DNA of 63,879 nucleotides, counting the filler, from Lama guanicoe (lineage: Eukaryota): assembly GCA_013239625.1 (NCBI GenBank). It is 186 parts of 186 records of this genome, joined end to end, with 100 filler letters (N's around TTAATTAATTAA, not from the genome) between each part and the next. Parts side by side here need not be neighbours in the genome. Positions count along the whole stretch, not along the records: positions 11,695 to 11,938 come from PNXV01047094.1; positions 12,039 to 12,282 come from PNXV01047095.1; positions 12,383 to 12,626 come from PNXV01047096.1; positions 12,727 to 12,970 come from PNXV01047097.1; positions 13,071 to 13,314 come from PNXV01047098.1; positions 13,415 to 13,658 come from PNXV01047099.1; positions 13,759 to 14,002 come from PNXV01047100.1; positions 14,103 to 14,346 come from PNXV01047101.1; 178 more parts are not named here. One strand, 5' to 3'. This document shows, one piece after another, positions 11,720-23,633 of the stretch; the first letter of the stretch is position 1, and each line of letters starts with the position of its first letter. The notes beneath the pieces are model-generated. The model saw nothing but the letters and a program-made list of their open reading frames with translations. It did not search any database and was not told the origin of the DNA. Made by a program: the position numbers and the translations under genes.

Positions 11720-11938
11720 AATAACCTAAATGAAAAAGTAGACATTTTTTTCAAAGAAGGTATACAAACGGCCAATAAGCTCATGAAAATATGCTCAACA
11801 TCATTAGTCAGCAGAGAAGCGCATATCAAAACCCTAATGTAACACCTCTTCATACCAATAGCACGGCTATAGTTTAAAAAGACAAATTACAAGTATTGGA
11901 GAGAATGTGCAAACATTGGACCTCTCATGCAATACCAG
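11720..11938 (+). mobile_element. Old LINE-1 ORF2 fragment
   Basis: GACATTTTTTTCAAAGAAGGTATACAAACGGCCAATAAGCTCATGAAAATATGCTCAACATCATTAGTCA. Confidence 0.8.
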
Positions 11939-12399
11939 NNNNNNNNNNNNNNNNNNNNNNNNNNNNNNNNNNNNNNNNNNNNTTAATTAATTAANNNNNN
12001 NNNNNNNNNNNNNNNNNNNNNNNNNNNNNNNNNNNNNNTTCTTCCCCTCTGGTAGCCAGATCCTCCCTCCCATTCTTGATATGTGGGGGAGGTGACTTCT
12101 TGCTCAGAACACTCTGCTCCTCCGCCCCAAGCCCCCAGCTCAGAGGCTACATGTGTATATGTTGCACTTTGGAAGATGAAATTAATTGTCTAAAACATTA
12201 CGGATAATTTGGGTTGTGGTGTCATTACAGGGGAATGCTGGGCTTCCAGGGCCAAATGGTTCCAAAGGAAAAGACGGACCAANNNNNNNNNNNNNNNNNN
12301 NNNNNNNNNNNNNNNNNNNNNNNNNNTTAATTAATTAANNNNNNNNNNNNNNNNNNNNNNNNNNNNNNNNNNNNNNNNNNNNACCAACACCGACCTCCA

Positions 12400-12490
12400 A
12401 GGCCTTTGGGAGGATTAAATGGGTGATTCCGGGTACAGTGTTTGGAAAGTGCTTGGCATACAGCAAGTGCTCAATAAATGTTAACTCCTG
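12400..12490 (+). mobile_element. MIR SINE 3' fragment
   Basis: GAGGATTAAATGGG...GTGCTTGGCATACAGCAAGTGCTCAATAAATGTTA. Confidence 0.75.
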
Positions 12491-13963
12491 TCATCAATAT
12501 TGTACATGAGCCCAGAAATAAGAACCTCCTCCCTAGAAAGCTCCCCTCATAGTGGCAAGGTGTGTGGCTTTTGACTTCTCAGCAGGGACGTACAAGTTCA
12601 AATCCAAGACATTGTCCCCTTGTTTGNNNNNNNNNNNNNNNNNNNNNNNNNNNNNNNNNNNNNNNNNNNNTTAATTAATTAANNNNNNNNNNNNNNNNNN
12701 NNNNNNNNNNNNNNNNNNNNNNNNNNAATTGGAGGCCCACAGCCATTGAGATATCAACCAAATCCCCATGAACAGGGCAGGAACTTCATTAAGCAGTAGA
12801 TACTTACAATGAGTTGCACACACATAGGTTCAGCCCATTTATATGGAAATGTACTCAATAAACATTATTGGAGAAGCCAAAGTATATTATTACTAACAAT
12901 GGTGGAGGTCTTCATTTATCTGAAATGTATACTGAAACACTGTGGAACAGTAAAGACCAGCTTTCAAATGNNNNNNNNNNNNNNNNNNNNNNNNNNNNNN
13001 NNNNNNNNNNNNNNTTAATTAATTAANNNNNNNNNNNNNNNNNNNNNNNNNNNNNNNNNNNNNNNNNNNNTGGGACACAACCCCATTGCAAGTCAAGGAA
13101 GATCCATAATACCAAAAAGCAAATTTCAGAAATTAACCCCGCAACAGAAATGCTATGACTGGGTGTTGAGGCGTTTCTAAGGCCAAGAGCAATAGCCAGT
13201 TACACCTATCTATTCATTTACTTACTTATTTTTCTTGGCTAAGTTTTCTGCGGTTGCAATTTCCGGAGTAGAACAACTGGGCACTGGACCATCCATCCTG
13301 CAGGTCAGAAGTGANNNNNNNNNNNNNNNNNNNNNNNNNNNNNNNNNNNNNNNNNNNNTTAATTAATTAANNNNNNNNNNNNNNNNNNNNNNNNNNNNNN
13401 NNNNNNNNNNNNNNTCAGTCTAATATTCATTCCAACTTCATGACTTCTCATGGAAAACGATGACGCCATGTGAAGGTGGGAATGGGGGAAGCGGGGAGAG
13501 AGAGAGAGAAAAGACTCACTGTCTTTAAAAAAAAAGAGTGCAGTGAGATAAAGACTGGATGTAGGTGAGGGCAATAGGTGAGGGAGATGTAGACAACGTC
13601 GCGACACACCTGCAGCCTCCCACACGGTGGCAGTGTGGTCCTGTGCACGCTCAGCCGTNNNNNNNNNNNNNNNNNNNNNNNNNNNNNNNNNNNNNNNNNN
13701 NNTTAATTAATTAANNNNNNNNNNNNNNNNNNNNNNNNNNNNNNNNNNNNNNNNNNNNCAACACCCACTGGTGTTGGTGACCCCAGTTTCTCCTGCCCAG
13801 CGTGGCTCCTTCATTGTGATCCCACAGGTACGAGGTGTTTTCTGAGGCTCGGGGTTGAGCCCCACCTTCCTCTCTGCCCCTCTCTGGTCCTGGCAGGGTC
13901 CCTGTGTTCCTGGGTCTGAGTAACAACTGCAACCTGCCTGCCCCATCGCGCCCTCCCCCTTAC

Positions 13964-14002
13964 CATGGCCATGAGCACGAGGGCGCTGACCAGCGCAGCG
14001 TA
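13964..14002 (-). CDS. TRBC: T-cell receptor beta constant region, 3' part of the transmembrane exon
   Basis: Minus strand translates YAALVSALVLMAM, followed immediately by the donor GTAAGG; TRBC reads ..LYAVLVSALVLMAM|VKRKD. The paralog cannot be assigned. Confidence 0.85.
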
Positions 14003-14102
14003 NNNNNNNNNNNNNNNNNNNNNNNNNNNNNNNNNNNNNNNNNNNNTTAATTAATTAANNNNNNNNNNNNNNNNNNNNNNNNNNNNNNNNNNNNNNNNNN
14101 NN

Positions 14103-14330
14103 TTTCATAGTATGTGGTCAGTCCTAGCAAATGTTCCATGTGCATTTGAAAAGAATGTATATTCTGGTATTTTGGAGGACATAATGTTCTGATAATATCA
14201 ATTAGGTCTAATTGTTCCATTATATCATTGAGAATTTCTCTTTAATTTTCTATCTGGAAGATCTGTCCATTGATGTGAGTGGGTGTTAAAGTCTCCTAAT
14301 CTTACTGTAATCCCATTAGTTTCTCCCTTT
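14103..14330 (-). mobile_element. LINE-1 ORF2 endonuclease-region fragment
   Basis: AATGTTCCATGTGCATTTGAAAAGAATGTATATTCTG...GATCTGTCCATTGATGTGAGTGGGTGTTAAAGTCTCCTA. Confidence 0.85.
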
Positions 14331-15224
14331 AAGAGTGTGTGTGTGTNNNNNNNNNNNNNNNNNNNNNNNNNNNNNNNNNNNNNNNNNNNNTTAATTAATT
14401 AANNNNNNNNNNNNNNNNNNNNNNNNNNNNNNNNNNNNNNNNNNNNTTTGTATCAGCAATAGAAAAATACAGAATATTAAAAGTATAAGACCAATATTTT
14501 CTTAAAAAGCATTCCTTTGAGACCACAACTGGAGACTACACACTCGGGTGAATATTGAGTATACTCCTGGTGGGTAATTAATGCATAAAAACTACTTCCC
14601 CTCCTTTACATTTATGAAAAAAAAGATATTTATCAAAATTTTGTATCTTAAAGTAAACTGCTGCTTACAAGGACCAAAATCCCAACCGAANNNNNNNNNN
14701 NNNNNNNNNNNNNNNNNNNNNNNNNNNNNNNNNNTTAATTAATTAANNNNNNNNNNNNNNNNNNNNNNNNNNNNNNNNNNNNNNNNNNNNTCTAACACCT
14801 GGAGGATAGTGGGCTCCTGGATGCCTCAACTTCTCTGACTAGTTCCTTTCATTTTGTACACGCCTCTGTCAATAGTCCTTACCTTCCGTTACCTTCAGAC
14901 TCTCAGTTGGGCGTGTCTCCTGGTTCTTGCCAGGATTCTTTCTGATACCCCCCCAGTCTTTGCTGATGCCCTTTTGATCCAACAACAGCGCCATCCAATG
15001 GTTAATCTAGTTTTTTTTTTTTAATTAGGTCTTTNNNNNNNNNNNNNNNNNNNNNNNNNNNNNNNNNNNNNNNNNNNNTTAATTAATTAANNNNNNNNNN
15101 NNNNNNNNNNNNNNNNNNNNNNNNNNNNNNNNNNATAATGGTAGAAGGAAGAAAAATAGCTTTAATTATTGAATAAGCATTCCTTTTAAAGAAGACAAGT
15201 CATTAGTGGATGATAAAGAGGAAA

Positions 15225-15378
15225 GAGCTGGGCTTTGAGTCAGATGAGGTTGAATTCCTAGCTCTCCTGCTGATCAGGTGTGTTACCTGGGGGACTTGAC
15301 TTATTACCAACCAATATGTTTCCTGACATGTAAAGGAGGGTCATAGTACATCCTTCAAGGGTGGTTGTGCCTAAGAAA
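15225..15378 (+). mobile_element. MIR SINE fragment
   Basis: GGGCTTTGAGTCAGA...TTGAATTCCTAGCTCT...TGTAAAGGAGGGTCATAGTAC...GGGTGGTTGTG. Confidence 0.6.
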
Positions 15379-16166
15379 NNNNNNNNNNNNNNNNNNNNNN
15401 NNNNNNNNNNNNNNNNNNNNNNTTAATTAATTAANNNNNNNNNNNNNNNNNNNNNNNNNNNNNNNNNNNNNNNNNNNNCATTATAGGTTGCTGCAAGATA
15501 TTGAATAGAGTTCCCTGTGCTATACTTCTTGTTTATTCATAGTAGTATTAATGAAAGGATAGATGTACCTGCATGGTTAAATATCCCTTCATTCCCAAAA
15601 AGTGTAAAGAAAAATTTGAAAAGGGCTCAAGAGGCAGTAAGTATGGCTTCTAACCCAGGAGACCCTCCTAACAGCAGGTTCTTCTCCAAGCTGGGATGCT
15701 CTTGGCAGAGCTTTGTAACTGCNNNNNNNNNNNNNNNNNNNNNNNNNNNNNNNNNNNNNNNNNNNNTTAATTAATTAANNNNNNNNNNNNNNNNNNNNNN
15801 NNNNNNNNNNNNNNNNNNNNNNGATGACCCCATCTGCCTGCGAGAGGGCTGAGAGCCGCCAGCGCTGCTTCTCGCGGGCACGGTGGAGGTCCTGTTAGAC
15901 CTGGGGGACTGGCGACGGAGGTGGAATAAGCACCCGGCAGAGCGCGATGCCGGCGGTTCCCCAAGGGCAGTGCATGCGGCTTGCACCACCCCCAGGGCGG
16001 CTTCCCAGGTCCCGCTTCCCCCAGCTCACCCTGATGTCCCCCAGGCAGAGTCCCTGATGTGCTGTGNNNNNNNNNNNNNNNNNNNNNNNNNNNNNNNNNN
16101 NNNNNNNNNNTTAATTAATTAANNNNNNNNNNNNNNNNNNNNNNNNNNNNNNNNNNNNNNNNNNNN

Positions 16167-16410
16167 TGGAATATACCTTTTTCCATCACCTCTTTCAGTC
16201 TGTGCGTGTCTCTAGACGTGAAGTGAGTCTCCTGCAGGCAGTGTATGTACAGGTCTTAGTTTTGTATCCATTCAGCTGGTCTGTGTTCTTTGGTTGGTGA
16301 TGTAGCTTGTTTACATTTAAGGTGATTATTGATGTGTCTGTTCTTACTGCCATTTTGTGAATTGTTTTGGACATTTTTATAGGTCTTTTTCCCCTCCTTT
16401 ATTCTTTTGT
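16167..16410 (-). mobile_element. LINE-1 fragment (ORF2 start / inter-ORF region)
   Basis: TGGAATATACCTTTTTCCATC...TTTCAGTCTGTGCGTGTCTCTAG...GTATCCATTCAGC...TTACATTTAAGGTGATTATTGAT. Confidence 0.8.
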
Positions 16411-17542
16411 NNNNNNNNNNNNNNNNNNNNNNNNNNNNNNNNNNNNNNNNNNNNTTAATTAATTAANNNNNNNNNNNNNNNNNNNNNNNNNNNNNNNNNN
16501 NNNNNNNNNNATGTTCTCCTGGAGACTGTGCACTTTTAATGATTTTATTGAGAAGTCTTTCTGTCTTTGCCCTGTGTCATGAACACAGTTTGCTATTTCC
16601 CGAGGCCCTTCCATTGGTGCCCTCCTCTGTGTTGCTCCCAGTGCTTGTAGGCAGGAAGCTCCTGCCCCCTCGGAACACTGGGTCAAGTGCTGAGCTCCAT
16701 CACTGTGGGCGGGTGGGTCACTCCCCCTCCCGATGCCACAGTCAGATGCTGTGCNNNNNNNNNNNNNNNNNNNNNNNNNNNNNNNNNNNNNNNNNNNNTT
16801 AATTAATTAANNNNNNNNNNNNNNNNNNNNNNNNNNNNNNNNNNNNNNNNNNNNGTCTGTCATCCCAGGAGCTGTGAAAGATGAGAGTGCTCAGTATAGC
16901 ATCAAAAGCTGCAGAAAATCAAGAAGGGTGACTGGGGCAAAGCCTTTTGATTTGCCCCCAGGAAGGTTATGAGAGCAGGATGTTTTTATTTAACCACCAG
17001 CACTAGGTGAATTGTTCCAAGCAGGATTTTTAAAGTAGCCGTTTCTTCATTGTGTTCAGTGGCCTCAGATTTGCCCTCTTCAAGGCACACGTCTCATCNN
17101 NNNNNNNNNNNNNNNNNNNNNNNNNNNNNNNNNNNNNNNNNNTTAATTAATTAANNNNNNNNNNNNNNNNNNNNNNNNNNNNNNNNNNNNNNNNNNNNTT
17201 TTACATTAAGAAAACAAAGAGCACAAGACTTGGCTGCTCTCGAGGAACGTCTGGATAGTTCCCTTCTCTGCTAATGAGAGGACGGTAAATTGCCAACTTC
17301 CTCCTTTCGCTATAGATGCTGGGATTAAAAACTAAATATTAATTTTGGCCTCTGCAATTCCATTAGTCTCCATTTACAGTTAATTAATTCATCCCTCCTG
17401 GCTTTCATTTTCTATTTCATTATATTCTGAATATGTTTTGTTNNNNNNNNNNNNNNNNNNNNNNNNNNNNNNNNNNNNNNNNNNNNTTAATTAATTAANN
17501 NNNNNNNNNNNNNNNNNNNNNNNNNNNNNNNNNNNNNNNNNN

Positions 17543-17709
17543 ATCTGTGCTCTTCAATATGGTAATCACTAGGCACATTTGTCTATTGAACTTTTGAAAT
17601 ATTACTAGTATGATTAAATAACAGGATTTAAATTTTATTAATTTTAATTCATTTAAATTTAAATAACCACAGTGACTAGTGGCTACCATTTTGGATAGTG
17701 CAGCTCTAT
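17543..17709. mobile_element. MER3/MER33-like hAT-Charlie MITE
   Basis: Quasi-palindromic CTGTGCTCTTCAATATGGTAATCACTAGGCACA...CACAGTGACTAGTGGCTACCATTTTGGATAGTGCAG. Confidence 0.8.
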
Positions 17710-18274
17710 AATCTTTATATAATCTAGGTTGGGTGATGATTAATAGGAAGAAAGGGAAATCTAAAACACATTTTCTATTCTTTAAANNNNNNNNNNNNNN
17801 NNNNNNNNNNNNNNNNNNNNNNNNNNNNNNTTAATTAATTAANNNNNNNNNNNNNNNNNNNNNNNNNNNNNNNNNNNNNNNNNNNNACTCCAAGGGATAC
17901 AGGTTAACTCAGGTTAACTGTCCTTCTTGAGGCTCCTCTCCCCAAGGCTTGGGGTGACTAAAGAGCAAACTCTACTCATCCCCCCAAGAGCGATCATATC
18001 ACAGCACTCCAGCAACTTATCTAGAGGAATCCACCTCCCCACTCCTCAGACCACTGCAGTGTCAGTCCTTTAATACCTCATGTGGGTGAGTGTCTACAAA
18101 GCCAGTCTTCACACATCTTCTTTGCAGTCCNNNNNNNNNNNNNNNNNNNNNNNNNNNNNNNNNNNNNNNNNNNNTTAATTAATTAANNNNNNNNNNNNNN
18201 NNNNNNNNNNNNNNNNNNNNNNNNNNNNNNTTTGTTTGTTGGTTGGTTGGTTCTGTACGAATCTGAGGGGAATT

Positions 18275-18474
18275 TGTTCAATTTCTGTCTTTAAGAAAAG
18301 CCATTGGAAATTTGGCAAGGGTTGCATTGCGTGTCTCAATTCCTGTGTAGTATGAACATCTTAATAATGTGAATTCTTCCAATCCATGGGCACAGAAGAT
18401 CTTCTCCCTTATTTGTGTCTTCAATTTCTTTCACGGATGTCTATTAGTATTTTAGTGTTCAGATCTTTCACGTA
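18275..18474 (-). mobile_element. LINE-1 ORF2 fragment
   Basis: GCCATTGGAAATTTGGCAAGGGTTGCATTG...TTCTTCCAATCCATG...TTATTTGTGTCTTCAATTTCTTTCA. Confidence 0.8.
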
Positions 18475-20638
18475 NNNNNNNNNNNNNNNNNNNNNNNNNN
18501 NNNNNNNNNNNNNNNNNNTTAATTAATTAANNNNNNNNNNNNNNNNNNNNNNNNNNNNNNNNNNNNNNNNNNNNGTTCTACTCCACCCTAGGCCTTCACC
18601 TTGCCTTGTTCATTTCCCCTCTCTGTAGTCCAAGCCCTTTCAATTATGGACACCCTCTCTTGGCTCTGAACTTGGATAAATGCTACCTTGTTAGCTAATA
18701 ATACCATTAATTATATTAATGATTAATAGCTAATTAGTCATAATGCTGTAATACTTAAATGGAGGCTTCCTTTCTTTCAGCAGCTCTGTCTCAAGCGCAC
18801 GTGCATGCACCACCCCCCNNNNNNNNNNNNNNNNNNNNNNNNNNNNNNNNNNNNNNNNNNNNTTAATTAATTAANNNNNNNNNNNNNNNNNNNNNNNNNN
18901 NNNNNNNNNNNNNNNNNNTGTCTCAACACGCTGTTTGGAAAGTCAAGATGTTCAGTGTAAACTTTGCCCCCCTCCCCTTTCTCCAGGGATTCTCAGATGT
19001 CGCCCTTTGCAGCCCCACCTCTCCATGTCTCTTTGGTGCTGAAATCGGAGGTCACATGACATCCCCATCAGAACAAGTTCCTGGCGTCGCTGTCCTATTG
19101 GAGAAGGCAGAGTTGGGGTGGCGTTGGCTCCGGAGTTGGCCCTGGTGTCGGTTTCTTCGTGGNNNNNNNNNNNNNNNNNNNNNNNNNNNNNNNNNNNNNN
19201 NNNNNNTTAATTAATTAANNNNNNNNNNNNNNNNNNNNNNNNNNNNNNNNNNNNNNNNNNNNTACTTCTGTGATCTCAGATAATCATCATTCGTGTTTCT
19301 TAGAGAATGTTAGAGGGAATTCTAGAATTTGGAAGCGTAAAACCATCTTTTGTCCCAGACAACTGTAAATCAAAACTATCATTCATTGTGTGTTATCTTC
19401 TATGTAACATGTTGCCGTCAGAGATGTGATTATAATATTCTCAGATTTAGTTTGGATGGAAGTGGTGCTTTGATGGAAGAAGCGAAGTATGGATGGTGAT
19501 AACAATNNNNNNNNNNNNNNNNNNNNNNNNNNNNNNNNNNNNNNNNNNNNTTAATTAATTAANNNNNNNNNNNNNNNNNNNNNNNNNNNNNNNNNNNNNN
19601 NNNNNNATTTTAATTATGATAGTTTTCTTAACAGAACCATTTTTTGAAATAATAGCTAATAAAAAGAAATTTGGGGACAGAAGCTTTATCTAAAAGTGCT
19701 CTTTGAACAGCAAAAATTATTTTAAAATATCTCGTGATGATTGAACTAACTGATGGTAGAATTTATTCTTAACTGAGCAGCGGGAACACATTGTTATACT
19801 ATGATTTTCAGTACCTAAGGGCCCTAAAAGTTCTTTGCAGTAAGGAGAATNNNNNNNNNNNNNNNNNNNNNNNNNNNNNNNNNNNNNNNNNNNNTTAATT
19901 AATTAANNNNNNNNNNNNNNNNNNNNNNNNNNNNNNNNNNNNNNNNNNNNGGGCACTATATAATTAAAACAAAACACTATAAAATTTAAATAAAATTAAA
20001 ACAAAAACTAAGAGATGGCAGGGTCATAGATGTATAGGGACCACAAATATTCACACTAAAGAGCTTCTGTAATTTACTTAATCTCGCACATGAGTTTTTT
20101 TATCCTTCTAGTTAAATAAGATGCATAAAACATCTTAACATATGAATGGATTCTCAGCGTCTTTTTAGCAATTGGGTAAGCACTCGTTTTTTTTNNNNNN
20201 NNNNNNNNNNNNNNNNNNNNNNNNNNNNNNNNNNNNNNTTAATTAATTAANNNNNNNNNNNNNNNNNNNNNNNNNNNNNNNNNNNNNNNNNNNNAAAAGA
20301 CTGCTGTGTTTTGAATAAGGCAATTGATTGCCCTTTAGCTGTGAAGGCAAACTTTCTGATCATGTTCACCCACTCATTTGACAAATATTTGTGTGCCTAG
20401 TCTATGCTAAGGACACAACCATGAACCACAGAGTTTCTGTCCTCAAGGAGATTTCTGCATTGGGGTGATTGCTTTTACTATTACTTACTTTATCTTGCTG
20501 TTATAGGCAACACCAGCATTAATGAGATGGCTTTCTGGNNNNNNNNNNNNNNNNNNNNNNNNNNNNNNNNNNNNNNNNNNNNTTAATTAATTAANNNNNN
20601 NNNNNNNNNNNNNNNNNNNNNNNNNNNNNNNNNNNNNN

Positions 20639-20882
20639 TACGTGGCCATCTGTAGGCCCTTGCATTATTTGGTTATCATGAGGCAGAGGGTGTGTGTTGT
20701 GCTGCTGGTGGTGTCTTGTGTTGGAGGTTTTCTGCACTCAGTAATTCAACTTGGCGCTATTTATGGACTTCCATTCTGTGGCCCCAATGTCATTGATCAC
20801 TTTATGTGTGATATGTTCCCCTTGTTGAAACTTGTCTGTACTGACACCTATGTCACTGGCATCTTAGTGGTGGTCAATGGAG
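20639..20882 (+). CDS. Olfactory receptor family 4 (OR4A47-like) internal fragment, TM3 end to TM5
   Basis: [38 protein letters not shown]...[27 protein letters not shown]; open across the whole contig. Confidence 0.92.
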
Positions 20883-20982
20883 NNNNNNNNNNNNNNNNNN
20901 NNNNNNNNNNNNNNNNNNNNNNNNNNTTAATTAATTAANNNNNNNNNNNNNNNNNNNNNNNNNNNNNNNNNNNNNNNNNNNN

Positions 20983-21225
20983 TGTAGAATACAGAATGTA
21001 GAACACAGAATATTGAATATAGAATACAGAACACAGAACCCACAATTAAGAACAAAGAATTCAGAACACAGCATATACAATATAGGATACACAATACATA
21101 ACATAGAATGTAGAATACAGAATGTAGTACACAGAATATAGATTATAGAATACAAAATGCAGAACCTTGATAATACAACTTGGAATTCAGAACACAGAAT
21201 TTAGAATATAGAGTACAGAATACAG
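20983..21225 (+). repeat. Degenerate 7-bp tandem satellite (AGAATAY)n
   Basis: The contig consists entirely of AGAATAC/AGAATAT/AGAACAC/AGAATGT units. Confidence 0.92.
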
Positions 21226-22357
21226 NNNNNNNNNNNNNNNNNNNNNNNNNNNNNNNNNNNNNNNNNNNNTTAATTAATTAANNNNNNNNNNNNNNNNNNN
21301 NNNNNNNNNNNNNNNNNNNNNNNNNCCGTTTAATTCTTATCTTCACCTTCCCCCCTTGGTTATCCAAAGGGCCAGTGAGAACCTGTGTTTAGCATCCCGG
21401 AGGCCCGCCTGGGCTGGGCTAGGCCTGCCCACAAGATGCTGGACATGAGAACCAGGGGACAGTTGCCAGGAGGAATGTGTCACTGGGATGTAGGAGCTGG
21501 TCAGACGAATAGCTGCAAATTGGAGGGGACTTAGGAGATCTGAGAGTGGGTGAGATAGATCTGGCCAGGNNNNNNNNNNNNNNNNNNNNNNNNNNNNNNN
21601 NNNNNNNNNNNNNTTAATTAATTAANNNNNNNNNNNNNNNNNNNNNNNNNNNNNNNNNNNNNNNNNNNNAATGTAGAGCATATGTTTTCTGATCATAATA
21701 ATCTATTCTTAGAGAAGCGTGATGAATCTTGTTACCCTGAACCCTGGGCATTTCAGGTGAGCAGATTGAATTTGATTTAATTTAGAAAAGGGCTATTTGA
21801 TTGGTTTGCAGCTGCGAAATATAGGCCCTGCGACCTTGGAAAAGGTTTTGTTACGGGAAACAAAGAGATGCTCTGTGGCAGAGTCTCCCTGACCAGCTCT
21901 CCAGGTCTTCCCCNNNNNNNNNNNNNNNNNNNNNNNNNNNNNNNNNNNNNNNNNNNNTTAATTAATTAANNNNNNNNNNNNNNNNNNNNNNNNNNNNNNN
22001 NNNNNNNNNNNNNTTCATGGTAACTATCTTGGTGAGCCAAAATCATGTGAAACTTAAATGCAGAGAGTAGTTGAATTTAAACAAACCATGTCAGTTTTGT
22101 TAAAAATTAAGAGTTTTTCTTTTCATTGTTTGAGAAAATAATTAGAAGTTTGGGGCATACACTGAAGAATGTTTACAGTGCTTGATTCTTTTTCCTTAGC
22201 CACAGTAAATGTTTGGTAGTAAATGTAGTGGTTGCCGCCCATTATATTCACCTTAAANNNNNNNNNNNNNNNNNNNNNNNNNNNNNNNNNNNNNNNNNNN
22301 NTTAATTAATTAANNNNNNNNNNNNNNNNNNNNNNNNNNNNNNNNNNNNNNNNNNNN

Positions 22358-22600
22358 AAGAACAATAAGGATGGTGAACACTTGTATTGACCCAGAGAAG
22401 ATAAAAACCATCAGAAAATTAATGGAAGGAGCAGTACAGGAAATCTTAAACAATGGTACAATGTCACAGTAAAAGTGACGTATTATATTATAGTTACAGA
22501 AAGTTAATCTGAATGAAAAAGCATTATGAAGTATGGCATGAAAAAGACCACGTAAAAATGACAAAACTAACAGTCGGATGCAAAGTCTATTGGTCATAAT
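22358..22600 (-). CDS. Olfactory receptor family 5 (OR5H-like) internal fragment; possibly a pseudogene
   Basis: [25 protein letters not shown]...[48 protein letters not shown]. Open frame, but several usually conserved residues are changed. Confidence 0.88.
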
Positions 22601-22701
22601 CNNNNNNNNNNNNNNNNNNNNNNNNNNNNNNNNNNNNNNNNNNNNTTAATTAATTAANNNNNNNNNNNNNNNNNNNNNNNNNNNNNNNNNNNNNNNNNNN
22701 N

Positions 22702-22945
22702 ACCTTAACCAAGTGGCCAAAATTAATACCACCAGTAAAAGCCACAGAGATATCAATGATGCACTGAGAAAGAAATGTTTCTTCCATGGTATTCCTGGCA
22801 AAAAATGCATAATCCTAATCTAATTATGAGAAAATACTAGACAAATACGTGAGAAACATTCTTAAATATAACTGACCAGCTCTTACCAAAGTGTCAAGGT
22901 CATGAAAAACAAGACCGGAGAAGTGTCACAAATTGGGAGGTGACA
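22702..22945 (+). mobile_element. L1MC-type 3' end fragment
   Basis: AAAAATGCATAATCCTAATCTAATTATGAGAAAA...ATAACTGACCAG...AAAGTGTCAAGGTCATGAAAAACAAG. Confidence 0.7.
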
Positions 22946-23389
22946 NNNNNNNNNNNNNNNNNNNNNNNNNNNNNNNNNNNNNNNNNNNNTTAATTAATTA
23001 ANNNNNNNNNNNNNNNNNNNNNNNNNNNNNNNNNNNNNNNNNNNNTGGGTGGGACTGCCCCCTGCCTATGTGTCAGGCCCAGCCATGACTTTTTAGGCAC
23101 GCTGGTAGGTTAGGCTGGTCCCGGCTTGTCTAGCTGAAAGGTGTGATCCAACACCTATGAACGTGGTGATGCGCTGGGGCTGACCCCTGCCACTGCTGGC
23201 CGTGAGGCCCCACTGTAATTGCTGCAGGCTGTTCCCCCCCGGTGGGAGCTACTTTGGAAAGACTGGTGGAAGCTGAGGCCACAAACTTGNNNNNNNNNNN
23301 NNNNNNNNNNNNNNNNNNNNNNNNNNNNNNNNNTTAATTAATTAANNNNNNNNNNNNNNNNNNNNNNNNNNNNNNNNNNNNNNNNNNNN

Positions 23390-23633
23390 TATATGTGGCA
23401 TCTAAAAAATACAACAAACTAGTGAATATAATAAAAAAAGAAGCAGACTCACAGATTTAGAGAACAACGTGGTGGTTACCGCTGGAGGAGAGGGAAGGAG
23501 AGGCAATATAGAGGTGTAGGAATGGGAGGTACAAACTACTGGGTGTAAGATAGGCTCAAGGATGTATTTTACAACATGAGGAAAGTAGCCAATATTTTGT
23601 AATAACTGTAAATGGAAAGTAACCTTTCAAATT
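23390..23633 (+). mobile_element. LINE-1 3' UTR fragment
   Basis: TATATGTGGCATCTAAAAAATACAACAAACTAGTGAATATA...GAGGTACAAACTACTGGGTGTAAGATAGGCT...GCCAATATTTTGTAATAACTGTAAATGGA; inverse homolog at 28910-29137. Confidence 0.88.

Noticed and set aside
17379..17390. Natural GTTAATTAATTC resembling the linker
   Set aside because: Not the full 12-mer and not flanked by Ns; ordinary AT-rich sequence.
20931..21155. Cys/Ile/Leu-rich ORF on the minus strand
   Set aside because: Translation of the heptamer satellite.
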